IMG/VR virus record: IMGVR_UViG_3300037222_000084
Span: 22,894-86,893 of that record
Direction: 5' to 3' (one strand)
Source of the DNA: a virus
Length of the DNA: 64,000 bases
Shown: in pieces, positions 28,820 through 38,262 of the stretch
Numbering within the stretch: position 1 is the stretch's first letter
Layout: every line of letters starts with the position of its first letter
Position numbers and translations under genes: made by a program
The notes under the pieces: model-generated
The model's input: only the letters and a program-made list of their open reading frames with translations
Databases searched by the model: none
What the model was told of the DNA's origin: nothing

Positions 28820-29021
28820 TTGGGATTCTCCTTTGTTTTTACGTAGAAAGTGCCGTTCATTAAGGACCGGCTAAGTGTTCGTAACTTCTAAAAGATTTTC
28901 ACTCCCGAAAAAAGTGCCTTATTTCAGGTACTTAGAGGGTAAAAGCTGCCAAAACCGGATTTTGACCTACCTTTTTTACACATAAGACAATCTTTAGTGA
29001 TATACGCTATATGGAGTTAAA

Positions 29022-31007
29022 TTGGGCACATATGTAGATGGAATAGGCGCAAGCCAAAATATAGACAGTAGCGGCGAGATCGTTGACATCTCAGGATTGG
29101 ACATTTCCAGCCTAGAAGTCGATGGTTCATTGAACTGGGAACACAAAAAAGACCTGCCAGATCAACTAGTTGGCAAGATTCTCAAGGCCAAAAAGATCTT
29201 CTCTGATAAAGACTGTGAAGACGACCGACAGAAATATTTCTGGGAAAAGTGCAAAGTTCCGTATCTATATGTATTAGGCGAACTGTTCGACGATTACACC
29301 GATTCTGCCCGCACCGTTGCTGGTTTGTTTCGATATGACCTAGACCATCGTGGCAAAAACGCTAAGGATGTCGTGGGTTTCTCTGTCGAAGGTGCCACTA
29401 TACACAAAAACGGCAATACCATCACTCGCTCCATAGCACGCAAAATTACCTGTACGTCGCTACCCTGCAATAAACAGGCTGTGGCTGAAATGGTCCCTAA
29501 AGAGGGTAAAAAGCCAAAAGACAACTTGAGTAATATTTTCAAAACTGAGAGCTACGTCGAAATCGAGGTAGTGAACCTTCCTAAGCAGCCAAATCTGTGG
29601 GAAATGTTAAAAACTGAGTCTTTGATGAAAAGGGCAAAAGCCATGTTCGCCAAACCAGTCAAGAAAGACGAAGCTGCCCTGACTTCTGGTGCCGGAACTT
29701 CCATGGCATTAGGCGGCGGCGCTCCATCGTCTCCATCGCTGTCGTGTTCAGAACCAGATATGGCTAAGGCTTTGAAGGTAGCAAGTCCACTTGGCACGCA
29801 TTTAGGGAATACTACTAGCGGTAAACCAGTACACAGCCACGCGCAAGTTGGTCAAACGGGTTTTTCAGCAGAAGAACATGGCGAAGCCGCACAACTTCAT
29901 CAAAAGGCTGGTGCCGCAAGCCCATCAATGTTTCAGCATCACAAAGGCAAAGCTGATCTACACAACTCTGCCGCCGTTAGAATGAAAGACGTTGCTATTA
30001 AGAGACAGGCAGCTGCTAAGAAAAATACTATGGTTGCTGGACCTAGTGGCGGCGCTCCAAATAAATTGTTCAATCCGAGAACCAGTGGTACTATAAATTA
30101 TAAGAAATCGGAAACGTTGCAACCTGGCGAAAAAGGCAATAGCGTAACGGCTAACCAAAAACAGGAACGTGATCGTAGGGCTCAAGAGGCATATCCTAAT
30201 AGCAGTAAGCGTAATTTTGACAAACACGTAGTCAACCATAGCGAGTCGAATCCTTCAAACCAAAAACGTGCGAGCATTCCAAATCAGCAAACTGCTCCTT
30301 CTGCTAAAGAAGCCGGTGGACCAAGCAATAACATGCTGCACAACAATATTTTGGCACCAAAACGCACTATGCATAAAGCCGCAGGCGGTGCTGGCGGCGG
30401 ACTTGGTGGTGGCGGTATTTCTGCTGGAGTATCTAGCATGACTACTGTTCAAGCTCCAACGGTTCCTAATCCTAAGCCAAAGACCGTTATGCCAGTTGGT
30501 AAAATCACGAAAGCACTCGAAGCCGGTTCTAGTCTGACTTCGCCTGCTAATCTATCAGGAGGCGCTGCTTTGGGTAAAGAAAGTCTTGAAAAGTGTAACT
30601 GTAATATGGCTAAATGCGCTTCTTGTGGTCCAAAATTGGCCAAGGGCGGACAGTTCTCTGGTAACGTTCCCAAAGATGCTAAGATTAAAGATTTGCAGCA
30701 TAAAATTGATAGTGGCACGTATAAGCCTGACGCTAAAAAGATAGGCGAGAGCATGTTGAATCATCCTAGCAAACCCCTAAAAGGCACTAAGGTGCAAAAG
30801 TCTGAAATGCTGCAACGCGCAGAGTCAGAATATGCTTCATGGGAAAAACGTGAAGAATTTGAAAGTTTTATGAAGTCTCGTATGCCGCATATGACCAAGG
30901 GCGAAATCGTCGCATTTGGCCAGGCTATGATTTTGAACAAATCGTTTAAGATGGAAAAGTCCTTGAATGGTCTTCTTGGCCTGTTGAAAGAAGAACCTAA
31001 AAAATAA
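29022..31007 (+). CDS. prohead protease (HK97-type) with long C-terminal extension
   Basis: GIGAS...DSSGE, LNWEH, VG.I, GFSVEG, ITCT..PCN..A; CAATCTT upstream. Confidence 0.85.
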   Translation: MGTYVDGIGASQNIDSSGEIVDISGLDISSLEVDGSLNWEHKKDLPDQLVGKILKAKKIFSDKDCEDDRQKYFWEKCKVPYLYVLGELFDDYTDSARTVAGLFRYDLDHRGKNAKDVVGFSVEGATIHKNGNTITRSIARKITCTSLPCNKQAVAEMVPKEGKKPKDNLSNIFKTESYVEIEVVNLPKQPNLWEMLKTESLMKRAKAMFAKPVKKDEAALTSGAGTSMALGGGAPSSPSLSCSEPDMAKALKVASPLGTHLGNTTSGKPVHSHAQVGQTGFSAEEHGEAAQLHQKAGAASPSMFQHHKGKADLHNSAAVRMKDVAIKRQAAAKKNTMVAGPSGGAPNKLFNPRTSGTINYKKSETLQPGEKGNSVTANQKQERDRRAQEAYPNSSKRNFDKHVVNHSESNPSNQKRASIPNQQTAPSAKEAGGPSNNMLHNNILAPKRTMHKAAGGAGGGLGGGGISAGVSSMTTVQAPTVPNPKPKTVMPVGKITKALEAGSSLTSPANLSGGAALGKESLEKCNCNMAKCASCGPKLAKGGQFSGNVPKDAKIKDLQHKIDSGTYKPDAKKIGESMLNHPSKPLKGTKVQKSEMLQRAESEYASWEKREEFESFMKSRMPHMTKGEIVAFGQAMILNKSFKMEKSLNGLLGLLKEEPKK

Positions 31008-31010
31008 GTG

Positions 31011-31038
31011 TTGCTAAAAGCCAATTGTATGTTATATT
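31011..31038 (+). promoter_or_regulatory. sigma70-type promoter
   Basis: TTGCTA-N16-TATATT with TG extension. Confidence 0.5.
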
Positions 31039-31133
31039 GGCTTTAGTGCAGTTTAACCTCTGTACTCTGGGATGACTCGTAGGTGAGTGGAAGACCAGTA
31101 AATCGAGAGTAATAACTTGCACTCAGAGGACAC

Positions 31134-31712
31134 ATGGACTTAAATCTCCGCAAAGCACGCAAACTTGAAGCAAAAATCTTAGCATATGCCAATGCTATGT
31201 CCCTTTCATCTGCCGTAAAAGTACGCATCATGGCAAGTGAATCAGAACGCTCAGACGCACTTTCTGCCGGTCGCTCAAAATTCCTATCCGACGTTTCCAC
31301 CCAAAAATCCCTTATTTTAGCCCGTTTCAATATTCGCCAAGCTATCTCTGACGCTAACCAAGCTGTAGGGATCAATGCTTTAATCAATAAGCGCGAAGGC
31401 ATTCAAGCACTCCTAGAAAAGTCAACTGGTACGGTTGACGCATTGGACTATAAAGAGGCCACAGATTTAGCCGATGCCAAGAAACGCTCTCTTGAAAACG
31501 GCGACTCCAGCCGTGCATACGGCGAGACTTCGGTCACTTTTAGTCTACCAGTCGCACTCGTCCACGACGTAGCTGGTTTCAAAGCACACGAATTGGCTTT
31601 AAAACGACAGCTTGAAGAAACAGAAGACGAATTGTCACAAAAGAACCTGGGAGCGAAAGTTACGCTTCCTGCTGATACCGTTAAATTGCTCCAGTCCGTT
31701 GGATTGCTGTAG
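31134..31712 (+). CDS. helical hypothetical protein (DIP1984/DUF6847-like architecture)
   Basis: LNLRKA.KL...I; IR.AI..AN; L..L.DEL...N....TL. Confidence 0.6.
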   Translation: MDLNLRKARKLEAKILAYANAMSLSSAVKVRIMASESERSDALSAGRSKFLSDVSTQKSLILARFNIRQAISDANQAVGINALINKREGIQALLEKSTGTVDALDYKEATDLADAKKRSLENGDSSRAYGETSVTFSLPVALVHDVAGFKAHELALKRQLEETEDELSQKNLGAKVTLPADTVKLLQSVGLL

Positions 31713-31739
31713 TAGCGATCCTGTCATAGTGCTGGAGCT

Positions 31740-31927
31740 AGTGAAGTGAAAGGGCATTACTACATGGCTGACTCAACCACCCAGTAGAGTCAAACCTGTT
31801 TTGTCATTCTCCCGATATAGCGCCTGCCAAGGTGCATTGTTACATTATCGGTATTGTAGAGGATTTATACAGGGCGTTATTTGGGGATTGATTTTTATAC
31901 ATTGTTCGCCCAATCCTTCACTTTTTT
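31740..31927 (+). ncRNA. putative structured RNA
   Basis: Closing helix AGTGAAG..GGGC/GCCC..CTTCACT, internal helices TGACTC/GAGTCA, CCGATA/TATCGG, CCTGT/ACAGG; ends in a T-run. Confidence 0.5.
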
Positions 31928-31936
31928 GGATATAAA

Positions 31937-32479
31937 ATGAAACTGATTCCTTTTAGAACAAACAATTACACGTCGGATACCCACTTCGCAGTAGACGATG
32001 ACGACTTTGACTTGGTTTCAAAATCCCAATGGCGCTGCAAGTGTAATACTGGCTCGAACCATGTCACTCCGCAATACCACGTATCCAGAAAAGCTACGGC
32101 TGAAGAAAAGAAAAACGGAGCGCCAACAGAAATATCTTTGCATCGTTTTGTGATGGGCGTAGGATTAAAATATGCCAAAAAAGATGAAGAGGTTGACCAC
32201 ATCAACAGAAACCAGTTCGACAATACAAAGGCAAATCTCAGAATCTGTACCAGGCATACGAATCAAAGGAATAAAGGCAATAATTCTAGAGTGGGATTTG
32301 GCCTGTGGGGAGCTACTTTCAATAAAGCTCTGAAAAGAGATAAAAAATGGCAAGCTAATTTCCACATAAAAGGGAAAACCTATATGGTAGGGTATTTTGC
32401 CACAGAAAAAGAAGCCCATGAACGTGCCGCTACGCGTTATGAAGAAATTACAGGAAACAAGCCTCGAATAACTTTGTAG
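31937..32479 (+). CDS. HNH-AP2 homing endonuclease
   Basis: VDDDDF.LV...W, LHRFVMG, VDHINRN..DN.K.NLR, KWQA...GYF.TE.EA. Confidence 0.9.
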   Translation: MKLIPFRTNNYTSDTHFAVDDDDFDLVSKSQWRCKCNTGSNHVTPQYHVSRKATAEEKKNGAPTEISLHRFVMGVGLKYAKKDEEVDHINRNQFDNTKANLRICTRHTNQRNKGNNSRVGFGLWGATFNKALKRDKKWQANFHIKGKTYMVGYFATEKEAHERAATRYEEITGNKPRITL

Positions 32480-32508
32480 TTGACAAAATTTTTTAAGAGT
32501 AGTAACCT
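32480..32508 (+). promoter_or_regulatory. sigma70-type promoter of the NAD operon
   Basis: TTGACA-N17-TAACCT. Confidence 0.65.
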
Positions 32509-32586
32509 TTAGTAGGTAAGAACTCCTGCCGATATGATAGCGCAGGAAAACATTCAAATGGCATAGGATATTTGCCAGGAGATACA

Positions 32587-33378
32587 ATGATCTATTTAAA
32601 CGGTAATCCCGTTAATACCACTCTCTTCCCTGACAACACCAGTCAAGTATGGAAGATACCCACCCTCGAAATTCCAGACACCAATTGGGTCCACGTAAAA
32701 TGGGACTTTTCGCATGAAGGCGAGTTTATCCAATTGGCCCAGCTTAAACAATTGCTCGATAAACGCGGTTTTCGTGCCGCATTGCGTCTTAGCTACCTGC
32801 CCTATGGCCGTCAAGACAAAGAAGTTTCAAACGACGCCACTTTCGCGCTTCGCACTTTCAACAAATACATAGACTTTATGGATTGGGACGAAATCATCGT
32901 AATGGACCCGCATAGCTCCGTAATCATGGACTATGTTCGTAATGTTCGGGCCGTATATCCTATCCAAGAACTCGAAAAGACACTAGCGCATACGGTTTCT
33001 ACTTTGGTCTGCTATCCCGACAAAGGCGCACTCGAAAAGTACACTAAAGTGTATCGCAGCATCGTTGAAGACGAATTCATCTATGGTGAAAAGGTCCGCG
33101 ATCAATCTACTGGAAATATTACAAGTTATCAATTAATCGGCAACCCCAAAGGCCACAGTGTCCTCATTGTTGATGACATTTGCGACGGCGGTGCCACATT
33201 CAAGCTTCTTGCCAAAGACCTATTGGCAGCAGGAGCTACGGAGGTAAATCTTTTTGTAACCCATGGAATTTTCTCACGAGGTCTGAGAACGCTCCAAGAA
33301 TCAGGAATTAAACGCATATTTACTCAAGATGGCGAAGCTAGTACCCATCAAGATCAAATCACTTATAGGAGATTATAA
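32587..33378 (+). CDS. PRPP-synthetase-like protein, probable ADPR-PP synthetase (NARP1 Adps)
   Basis: YLPYGRQD, DPHS, PDKGA, K.RD..TG.I, LIVDDICDGGATF, VTHGIFS. Confidence 0.85.
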   Translation: MIYLNGNPVNTTLFPDNTSQVWKIPTLEIPDTNWVHVKWDFSHEGEFIQLAQLKQLLDKRGFRAALRLSYLPYGRQDKEVSNDATFALRTFNKYIDFMDWDEIIVMDPHSSVIMDYVRNVRAVYPIQELEKTLAHTVSTLVCYPDKGALEKYTKVYRSIVEDEFIYGEKVRDQSTGNITSYQLIGNPKGHSVLIVDDICDGGATFKLLAKDLLAAGATEVNLFVTHGIFSRGLRTLQESGIKRIFTQDGEASTHQDQITYRRL

Positions 33379-33379
33379 C

Positions 33380-34870
33380 GTGAAAAATTTAATGAAAAGC
33401 CTACCGACTACAGTCCTCTGCGATTTCTATAAAATTGCACACCGTGCAATGTACCCAACTGGAACAGAAGTGGTTTATTCCACCTGGACACCGCGAGCCA
33501 GTCGCATGAAAGGCATAGATCAAGTTGTTGCCTTCGGCATGCAAGCCTTCATCAAGACCTACTTGATTGATTTCTTTGACACAAACTTCTTTGGTCGAGA
33601 AAAGTCCGTTGTAGTCGCTGAATACAAACGATTGATTTCAGCCACTCTTGGAGACCCCAATCCAGAGACCAAACACATCGAAGACCTTCACGATCTTGGC
33701 TTTTTGCCACTTTCAGTTAAAGCTCTCCCAGAAGGAACTCTTGTTCCGCTGCGCGTACCGATGATGACCCTCCAAAACACAGACAAACGGTTTTTCTGGT
33801 TAACAAACTTCGTAGAATCTTTGGCTTCTTGCGAGTTGTGGCAACCCACTACCAGCGCGACTATTGCGCGTGAGTACCGCAAGATCATGGACAAAGCAGC
33901 AATGGAGACGGTTGGCGACACTGGATTCGTAATGTTCCAAGGTCACGATTTCTCTATGCGCGGCATGTCTTCTCTGCAATCCGCAGTTTCTTCTGGCATG
34001 GGCCACCTGCTGTCATTCGTTGGCACAGACACTATTCCAGCAATTGTTGGAGCAGAAGTGCTCTACGGCGCAGATGTGACGAAGGAACTCGTTGGAACAT
34101 CCATTCCAGCCACAGAACACTCAATCCAATGCACTTACGGCGATGACCTGAAATACTTGGAGCGCATGCTCTCAGTGGTTCACCCAAATGGCTTCGTTTC
34201 CATCGTTTCTGATGGTTATGACTTTTGGGAAGTTATTCGCAGCGTGCTCCCTGCTCTCAAATCCAAAATCATGGCTCGTAGCGGTGGACCCGTTGGAGAC
34301 CGTGTGGTTATTCGCCCTGACTCTGGCGACCCTGTGCTGATAGTTTGCGGCGATCCAGATGCAACTCCTGGAAGCCTTGAGTATAAAGGCGCTGTAGAGG
34401 CTCTATGGGACATTTTCGGCGGGACCGAATCCTCTAAAGGATACAAAGTCCTCGATTCCCACATTGGCCTGATCTATGGTGACGCTATTACTCTCCGTCG
34501 TTGTGAAGAAATTTCCGAACGGCTGAAAGCCAAAGGTTTCGCCTCGATCAACTGCGTGTACGGCATTGGTAGCTACACCTATCAGTACAACACCCGTGAC
34601 ACCTTCGGATTTGCTCTTAAGAGCACATTAGCCGTGATAAACGGCGATGAAAAGCAGATTTTCAAAGATCCGAAAACTGATAATGGCATCAAGAAGTCAC
34701 AGAAAGGCCGTGTGGTCGTTCTTAAGGATGGCAATTCACTCAAGTTCGTCGATGGCCTTGGACTCAACGATGTCGTAGAAGGCGACCTGTTGACAGAAGT
34801 GTTCCGCGACGGTAAACTGTTGGTGGATCAAAAATTCTCCGAAATCAGAGCACGGCTCGCAGGACAGTAA
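33380..34870 (+). CDS. NAMPT-like protein, probable nicotinamide ADPR transferase (NARP1 Namat)
   Basis: DFYK..H..MYP, HDFSMRG, GTDT, SIPATEHS, VSDGYD, IRPDSGDP, YGDAIT, TRDT.GFA.K, KKS.KG; GTG 33380 with SD. Confidence 0.9.
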   Translation: MKNLMKSLPTTVLCDFYKIAHRAMYPTGTEVVYSTWTPRASRMKGIDQVVAFGMQAFIKTYLIDFFDTNFFGREKSVVVAEYKRLISATLGDPNPETKHIEDLHDLGFLPLSVKALPEGTLVPLRVPMMTLQNTDKRFFWLTNFVESLASCELWQPTTSATIAREYRKIMDKAAMETVGDTGFVMFQGHDFSMRGMSSLQSAVSSGMGHLLSFVGTDTIPAIVGAEVLYGADVTKELVGTSIPATEHSIQCTYGDDLKYLERMLSVVHPNGFVSIVSDGYDFWEVIRSVLPALKSKIMARSGGPVGDRVVIRPDSGDPVLIVCGDPDATPGSLEYKGAVEALWDIFGGTESSKGYKVLDSHIGLIYGDAITLRRCEEISERLKAKGFASINCVYGIGSYTYQYNTRDTFGFALKSTLAVINGDEKQIFKDPKTDNGIKKSQKGRVVVLKDGNSLKFVDGLGLNDVVEGDLLTEVFRDGKLLVDQKFSEIRARLAGQ

Positions 34871-35358
34871 TGAAAACCGATCAATTCGCATTTTTCTATG
34901 GAGGAGCCTTAAGTCAATGGGCTCCTTCCCCATTCACTCTGGACGAAGTGGAGTATTCTACTGCTGAACAGTATATGATGGCTATGAAGGCTGATTATTT
35001 TAATGATCAAGATACCAAAGCCAAAATAATGGCCACTGATAGTCCTTCTGAGCAGAAGTCACTAGGCAGGATGGTTAAGAATTTCAATGCAGAAGCTTGG
35101 AATGCTGTTTCTAGGGGATTCGTGTACAAGGCGAACATTGCCAAATTCACTCAAAACGACTGGTGTATGAAGGAACTGGAACGAACCGGAGACCTAGAAA
35201 TCGTTGAGGCTAGTCCGTATGACCGAATCTGGGGCATTGGCCTTGGAACTAGCGACAAACGAGCACTTGACAAGACCCAGTGGCTTGGTACAAACTGGTT
35301 AGGTGAGACTTTGATGAAAGTACGGAAGGACCTACGTGAGCAAAACAGTCGAGTGTGA
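34870..35358 (+). CDS. NADAR family protein
   Basis: LSQW, TAEQYMM..KA..F.D, K.LGR.V.NF, KF.QN, VEASPYDRIWGIG, G.N.LG..LM.VR. Confidence 0.92.
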   Translation: MKTDQFAFFYGGALSQWAPSPFTLDEVEYSTAEQYMMAMKADYFNDQDTKAKIMATDSPSEQKSLGRMVKNFNAEAWNAVSRGFVYKANIAKFTQNDWCMKELERTGDLEIVEASPYDRIWGIGLGTSDKRALDKTQWLGTNWLGETLMKVRKDLREQNSRV

Positions 35359-35530
35359 TTGTATGATGTGCCAAAAACCACTAGAAAACTACGATCCACA
35401 GATGTGCTGTGGCGGGTTCGATTGCGGGTGTATGGGCCTTCCTACTAACCCTCCTATTTGTTCTGAAGAATGCTGGGATGCGCTTATTAAAAGGAATAGT
35501 GATGGGCAAAGTAACGACAATAAAGGGTAA
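35336..35530 (+). CDS. small Cys-rich protein
   Basis: 9 Cys in 64 aa; overlaps both neighbours. Confidence 0.55.
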   Translation: MSKTVECDCMMCQKPLENYDPQMCCGGFDCGCMGLPTNPPICSEECWDALIKRNSDGQSNDNKG

Positions 35531-35945
35531 TCTCTTTGATGCTCCAGAAGGCTCCATAATCATTCATGCGTGCAATACTAAGGGCGTATGGGGATCTGGC
35601 ATAGCCAGGGAGTTCGCCAAACGGTTCCCTAAGGCCCGTGACATTTACGCTCAAACTTGTCAAGAACAAGGACCGTCTCTTATTGGGAAATGTCTTCTAA
35701 TTCCAGCTGGGAGCCACGTTATTGGCTGCTTATTCACTTCAAAAAACTATGGACAATTCGTAGATTCTCCTGCTAAGATATTAACAGCAACCAGATTGGC
35801 CATTGCTCATTTGATTCTTCAAAATGAGAGCAAGTTGCCCATGCATATGTGCAAGATAAATGCTGGATTGTTCAACGTTCCTTGGCCTAAAACCAAGGCA
35901 ATATTGAAAGACGCCGATGTTGAATTTGTAGTTTACGATTTTTAG
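35502..35945 (+). CDS. macrodomain (Poa1p/TARG1/DarG-like) ADP-ribosylhydrolase
   Basis: GNLFDAP...IIHACN..G.WG.GIA..F..RFP; KINAGLF.VPW; start ATG 35502. Confidence 0.9.
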   Translation: MGKVTTIKGNLFDAPEGSIIIHACNTKGVWGSGIAREFAKRFPKARDIYAQTCQEQGPSLIGKCLLIPAGSHVIGCLFTSKNYGQFVDSPAKILTATRLAIAHLILQNESKLPMHMCKINAGLFNVPWPKTKAILKDADVEFVVYDF

Positions 35946-36069
35946 GTCCGTGTGTAGATATAGAAGGGGATACCCTTCGTGCGGTGCGACCCCGCAAGCG
36001 GCCAGGTGCATGTTGCTTAATCGACGTTTCGAATCCGTTATGCCTGGGAAGCCTTTTGAAAGGACTGTT

Positions 36070-36651
36070 ATGTTTAAGCAAAGCGTTGTCTGGAACAAAG
36101 TTACTGAAGTGCTTCCTGAAGCAGGGAGAGAATACCTAGTTTGGACTGGCCGTGGAATGCTAGTCTCGGACGCCGATTTTTACGATGAAGAGTATTTGTC
36201 AAATATTCCCGCCTCAATGATTGAGGACTACAAAAAATCCGTAGGGTATTTCCAGGAATTTGGCCATAAATATTATTTTGACGATGAAAAAGTTCACTGG
36301 TCAGAGCTTCCACTTGCTCCAGGTGAGGAAAATCCTTCACAGCCAGATCCTATGGACGGAATGGTTTCTAGGGACGCGTATCTCACAAAAGACGGCACAA
36401 TCATTGGTATTCATGCGATAGGGTATCCAGAACCATACGAATGGACAGAAGTTGCTCTAGACGGCACAGAAACCCAAAAGACCTCCGATTTCATGCAAAT
36501 GGAAATTTGGGGAAACGAATACGACGAAAATCATCAGATGCTTGGCCGTGGATCTTTCAGAGTTTTCGATCAATTTGAGAGTGAAGTGAAAAATTGGGAA
36601 GCAGACGGTTGGGTGCGCCGTGAAGGACCCAAAAAGAAAGAAGTCACATGA
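36070..36651 (+). CDS. hypothetical protein with DUF551-like N-terminus
   Basis: W.KV.E.LPE....YLVW...HW.ELP; SD AAGGA before ATG 36070. Confidence 0.6.
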   Translation: MFKQSVVWNKVTEVLPEAGREYLVWTGRGMLVSDADFYDEEYLSNIPASMIEDYKKSVGYFQEFGHKYYFDDEKVHWSELPLAPGEENPSQPDPMDGMVSRDAYLTKDGTIIGIHAIGYPEPYEWTEVALDGTETQKTSDFMQMEIWGNEYDENHQMLGRGSFRVFDQFESEVKNWEADGWVRREGPKKKEVT

Positions 36652-36887
36652 AATACTTACTTTTATTGCTTATTTCGACTAATTGCTGGGCCTCTGAGTA
36701 CAAATTCACCTACAACATGAAGGACGGTCGCCAACTCAAGGTCAAACAAGAAGGGCCTACTCGTTGGAAGGCCCTAGAAGATGCTGGAGTTTTTTGTGGA
36801 AAATTCTTTGGTATTGGATCTAAGGATATGTCAGAGCAAGAGATAGACGAAATCGTCATATCGTGTGCTAATCCAGAGTTTAACTAA
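36648..36887 (+). CDS. small secreted protein
   Basis: Signal peptide, C...CANP. Confidence 0.6.
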   Translation: MKYLLLLLISTNCWASEYKFTYNMKDGRQLKVKQEGPTRWKALEDAGVFCGKFFGIGSKDMSEQEIDEIVISCANPEFN

Positions 36888-37392
36888 CGGTCAACTCGAA
36901 TTCGTCGATGCCGTCTAGCGAGGTCATCCACTTTGCGAACGTGGCTTTGCTATTGGTAATCATTTCGATGTTACCGCTCATCACGTCAGCTTCTCCCATG
37001 AGCACACAGCCTTCTGAGTCTTTATTGTAGTTGCCCCAGTGAAATAGCAAATCGGTATGTCCAGCAATGCCAGTGATTTCGAACGTGATGAAGTCTTCAG
37101 TCATGTTGTGCAAACGGTGAGGACCACGAACACACTTCCATACGCCATTGGTGATCTTAGGCGCATTTCCATAGGAATGCTCCAGAGTATGAGCCACTAT
37201 GTTACCTTTGCTGTCACTTAGCTCACTAAAAACGCCGTCTACACGAAACTGTTTTCGCGTCAACTTGAAGGAGACCTTTTCTGGTTTAATTTGTGGGATT
37301 GCAGGTGCTTCAATAGCCTTAGGAGCCTGCTGCTTAATCAACGCGATCAACTGCGGTAAATACTGTTTTAAAAGCTCAAATATAGCGCCCAT
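36880..37392 (-). CDS. DUF5675-family protein, putative endolysin (L,D-peptidase-like)
   Basis: TLE...I..G.W.C, FEI..I.G.T..LFHWGN...DSEGCVLMG; late motif upstream. Confidence 0.75.
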   Translation of the reverse strand: MGAIFELLKQYLPQLIALIKQQAPKAIEAPAIPQIKPEKVSFKLTRKQFRVDGVFSELSDSKGNIVAHTLEHSYGNAPKITNGVWKCVRGPHRLHNMTEDFITFEITGIAGHTDLLFHWGNYNKDSEGCVLMGEADVMSGNIEMITNSKATFAKWMTSLDGIDEFELTVS

Positions 37393-37449
37393 GTTTCCTC
37401 TTGTCTTCTTATGAGACATCTGTTACATTAAAGATTACCTGGAGGCCGT

Positions 37450-38262
37450 ATGAAAGTAGCTATTTGCAATTTACAATCTGCTGATTTCGAAGAAACACTG
37501 TTAAAATCACTAGTTAACACTGGTTTTGCGGTATTGACGCATCATGGCATTGATTTTCAGCTTATAAAGGATTCACAGACAGAGTGGCGTAAATTTTTCA
37601 AACGCGAGAAGCTATACAAGAACCTTTTCATTAACGGCAACGACTCCAACATGGGCTATAAGGGCATGGGCTCAGAAAAAGCTGTTGGAGCTAAAGCAGC
37701 CGACTTGAAAGAATTCTTCCACTACAAAATTGGCGAAGAAATCCCTGAAAATGCTCAAGGCCCCACAGAAAAACTCTTTGTTCAACTCGAAGGCCTGGGA
37801 ATGCAAATCCTTGAAGTGTTGGATAAAACCAACGGCACTACCTATCGAAACGACTGCTTTGGTAGCTCTAAAACCCTGTTCCGAGCGTTGTACTATCCTG
37901 CAATTGATTTTGAAACCGCAGACGGCGCTGTACGTGCTGCTGCCCACGAAGACATTAACCACATTACCATGCTAGTCGCCGCAAGTGCTCCTGGACTTGA
38001 GGTTCAAGACAATTACGGCAAATGGCATGCAGTGCCACACGAAGACAATTCGGTCGTAGTCAATATTGGCGATATGTTGAAATTAGCCAGTAATGGACTG
38101 TATAAATCTACAACCCATCGCGTAACTGGTGGCGATTCTAAGTCTGACCGCATCAGTATGCCGCTTTTTATTCACCCGCACAGCTTCGTCCGTTTGGCTC
38201 AAGGGATCACCGCTGGACAATTTTTAACCGACCGCTTGAATACTATTTACGGCAAAAAATGA
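37450..38262 (+). CDS. 2OG-Fe(II) oxygenase, isopenicillin-N-synthase family
   Basis: GFAVL..HGI, DLKEFFH, YYP, HED, NIGDML, STTHRV, RIS. Confidence 0.9.
   Translation: MKVAICNLQSADFEETLLKSLVNTGFAVLTHHGIDFQLIKDSQTEWRKFFKREKLYKNLFINGNDSNMGYKGMGSEKAVGAKAADLKEFFHYKIGEEIPENAQGPTEKLFVQLEGLGMQILEVLDKTNGTTYRNDCFGSSKTLFRALYYPAIDFETADGAVRAAAHEDINHITMLVAASAPGLEVQDNYGKWHAVPHEDNSVVVNIGDMLKLASNGLYKSTTHRVTGGDSKSDRISMPLFIHPHSFVRLAQGITAGQFLTDRLNTIYGKK

Noticed and set aside
32522-32580. NAD+ riboswitch in the NARP1 leader
   Set aside because: Two hairpins are present (TCCTGC/GCAGGA, TGGCA/TGCCA) but I cannot match them to known NAD+-I/II consensus
32587-34870. Classical NAMPT+NMNAT salvage (NARP2)
   Set aside because: No NMNAT/NadM HxGH gene in the window; the partner is PRPS-like, fitting NARP1
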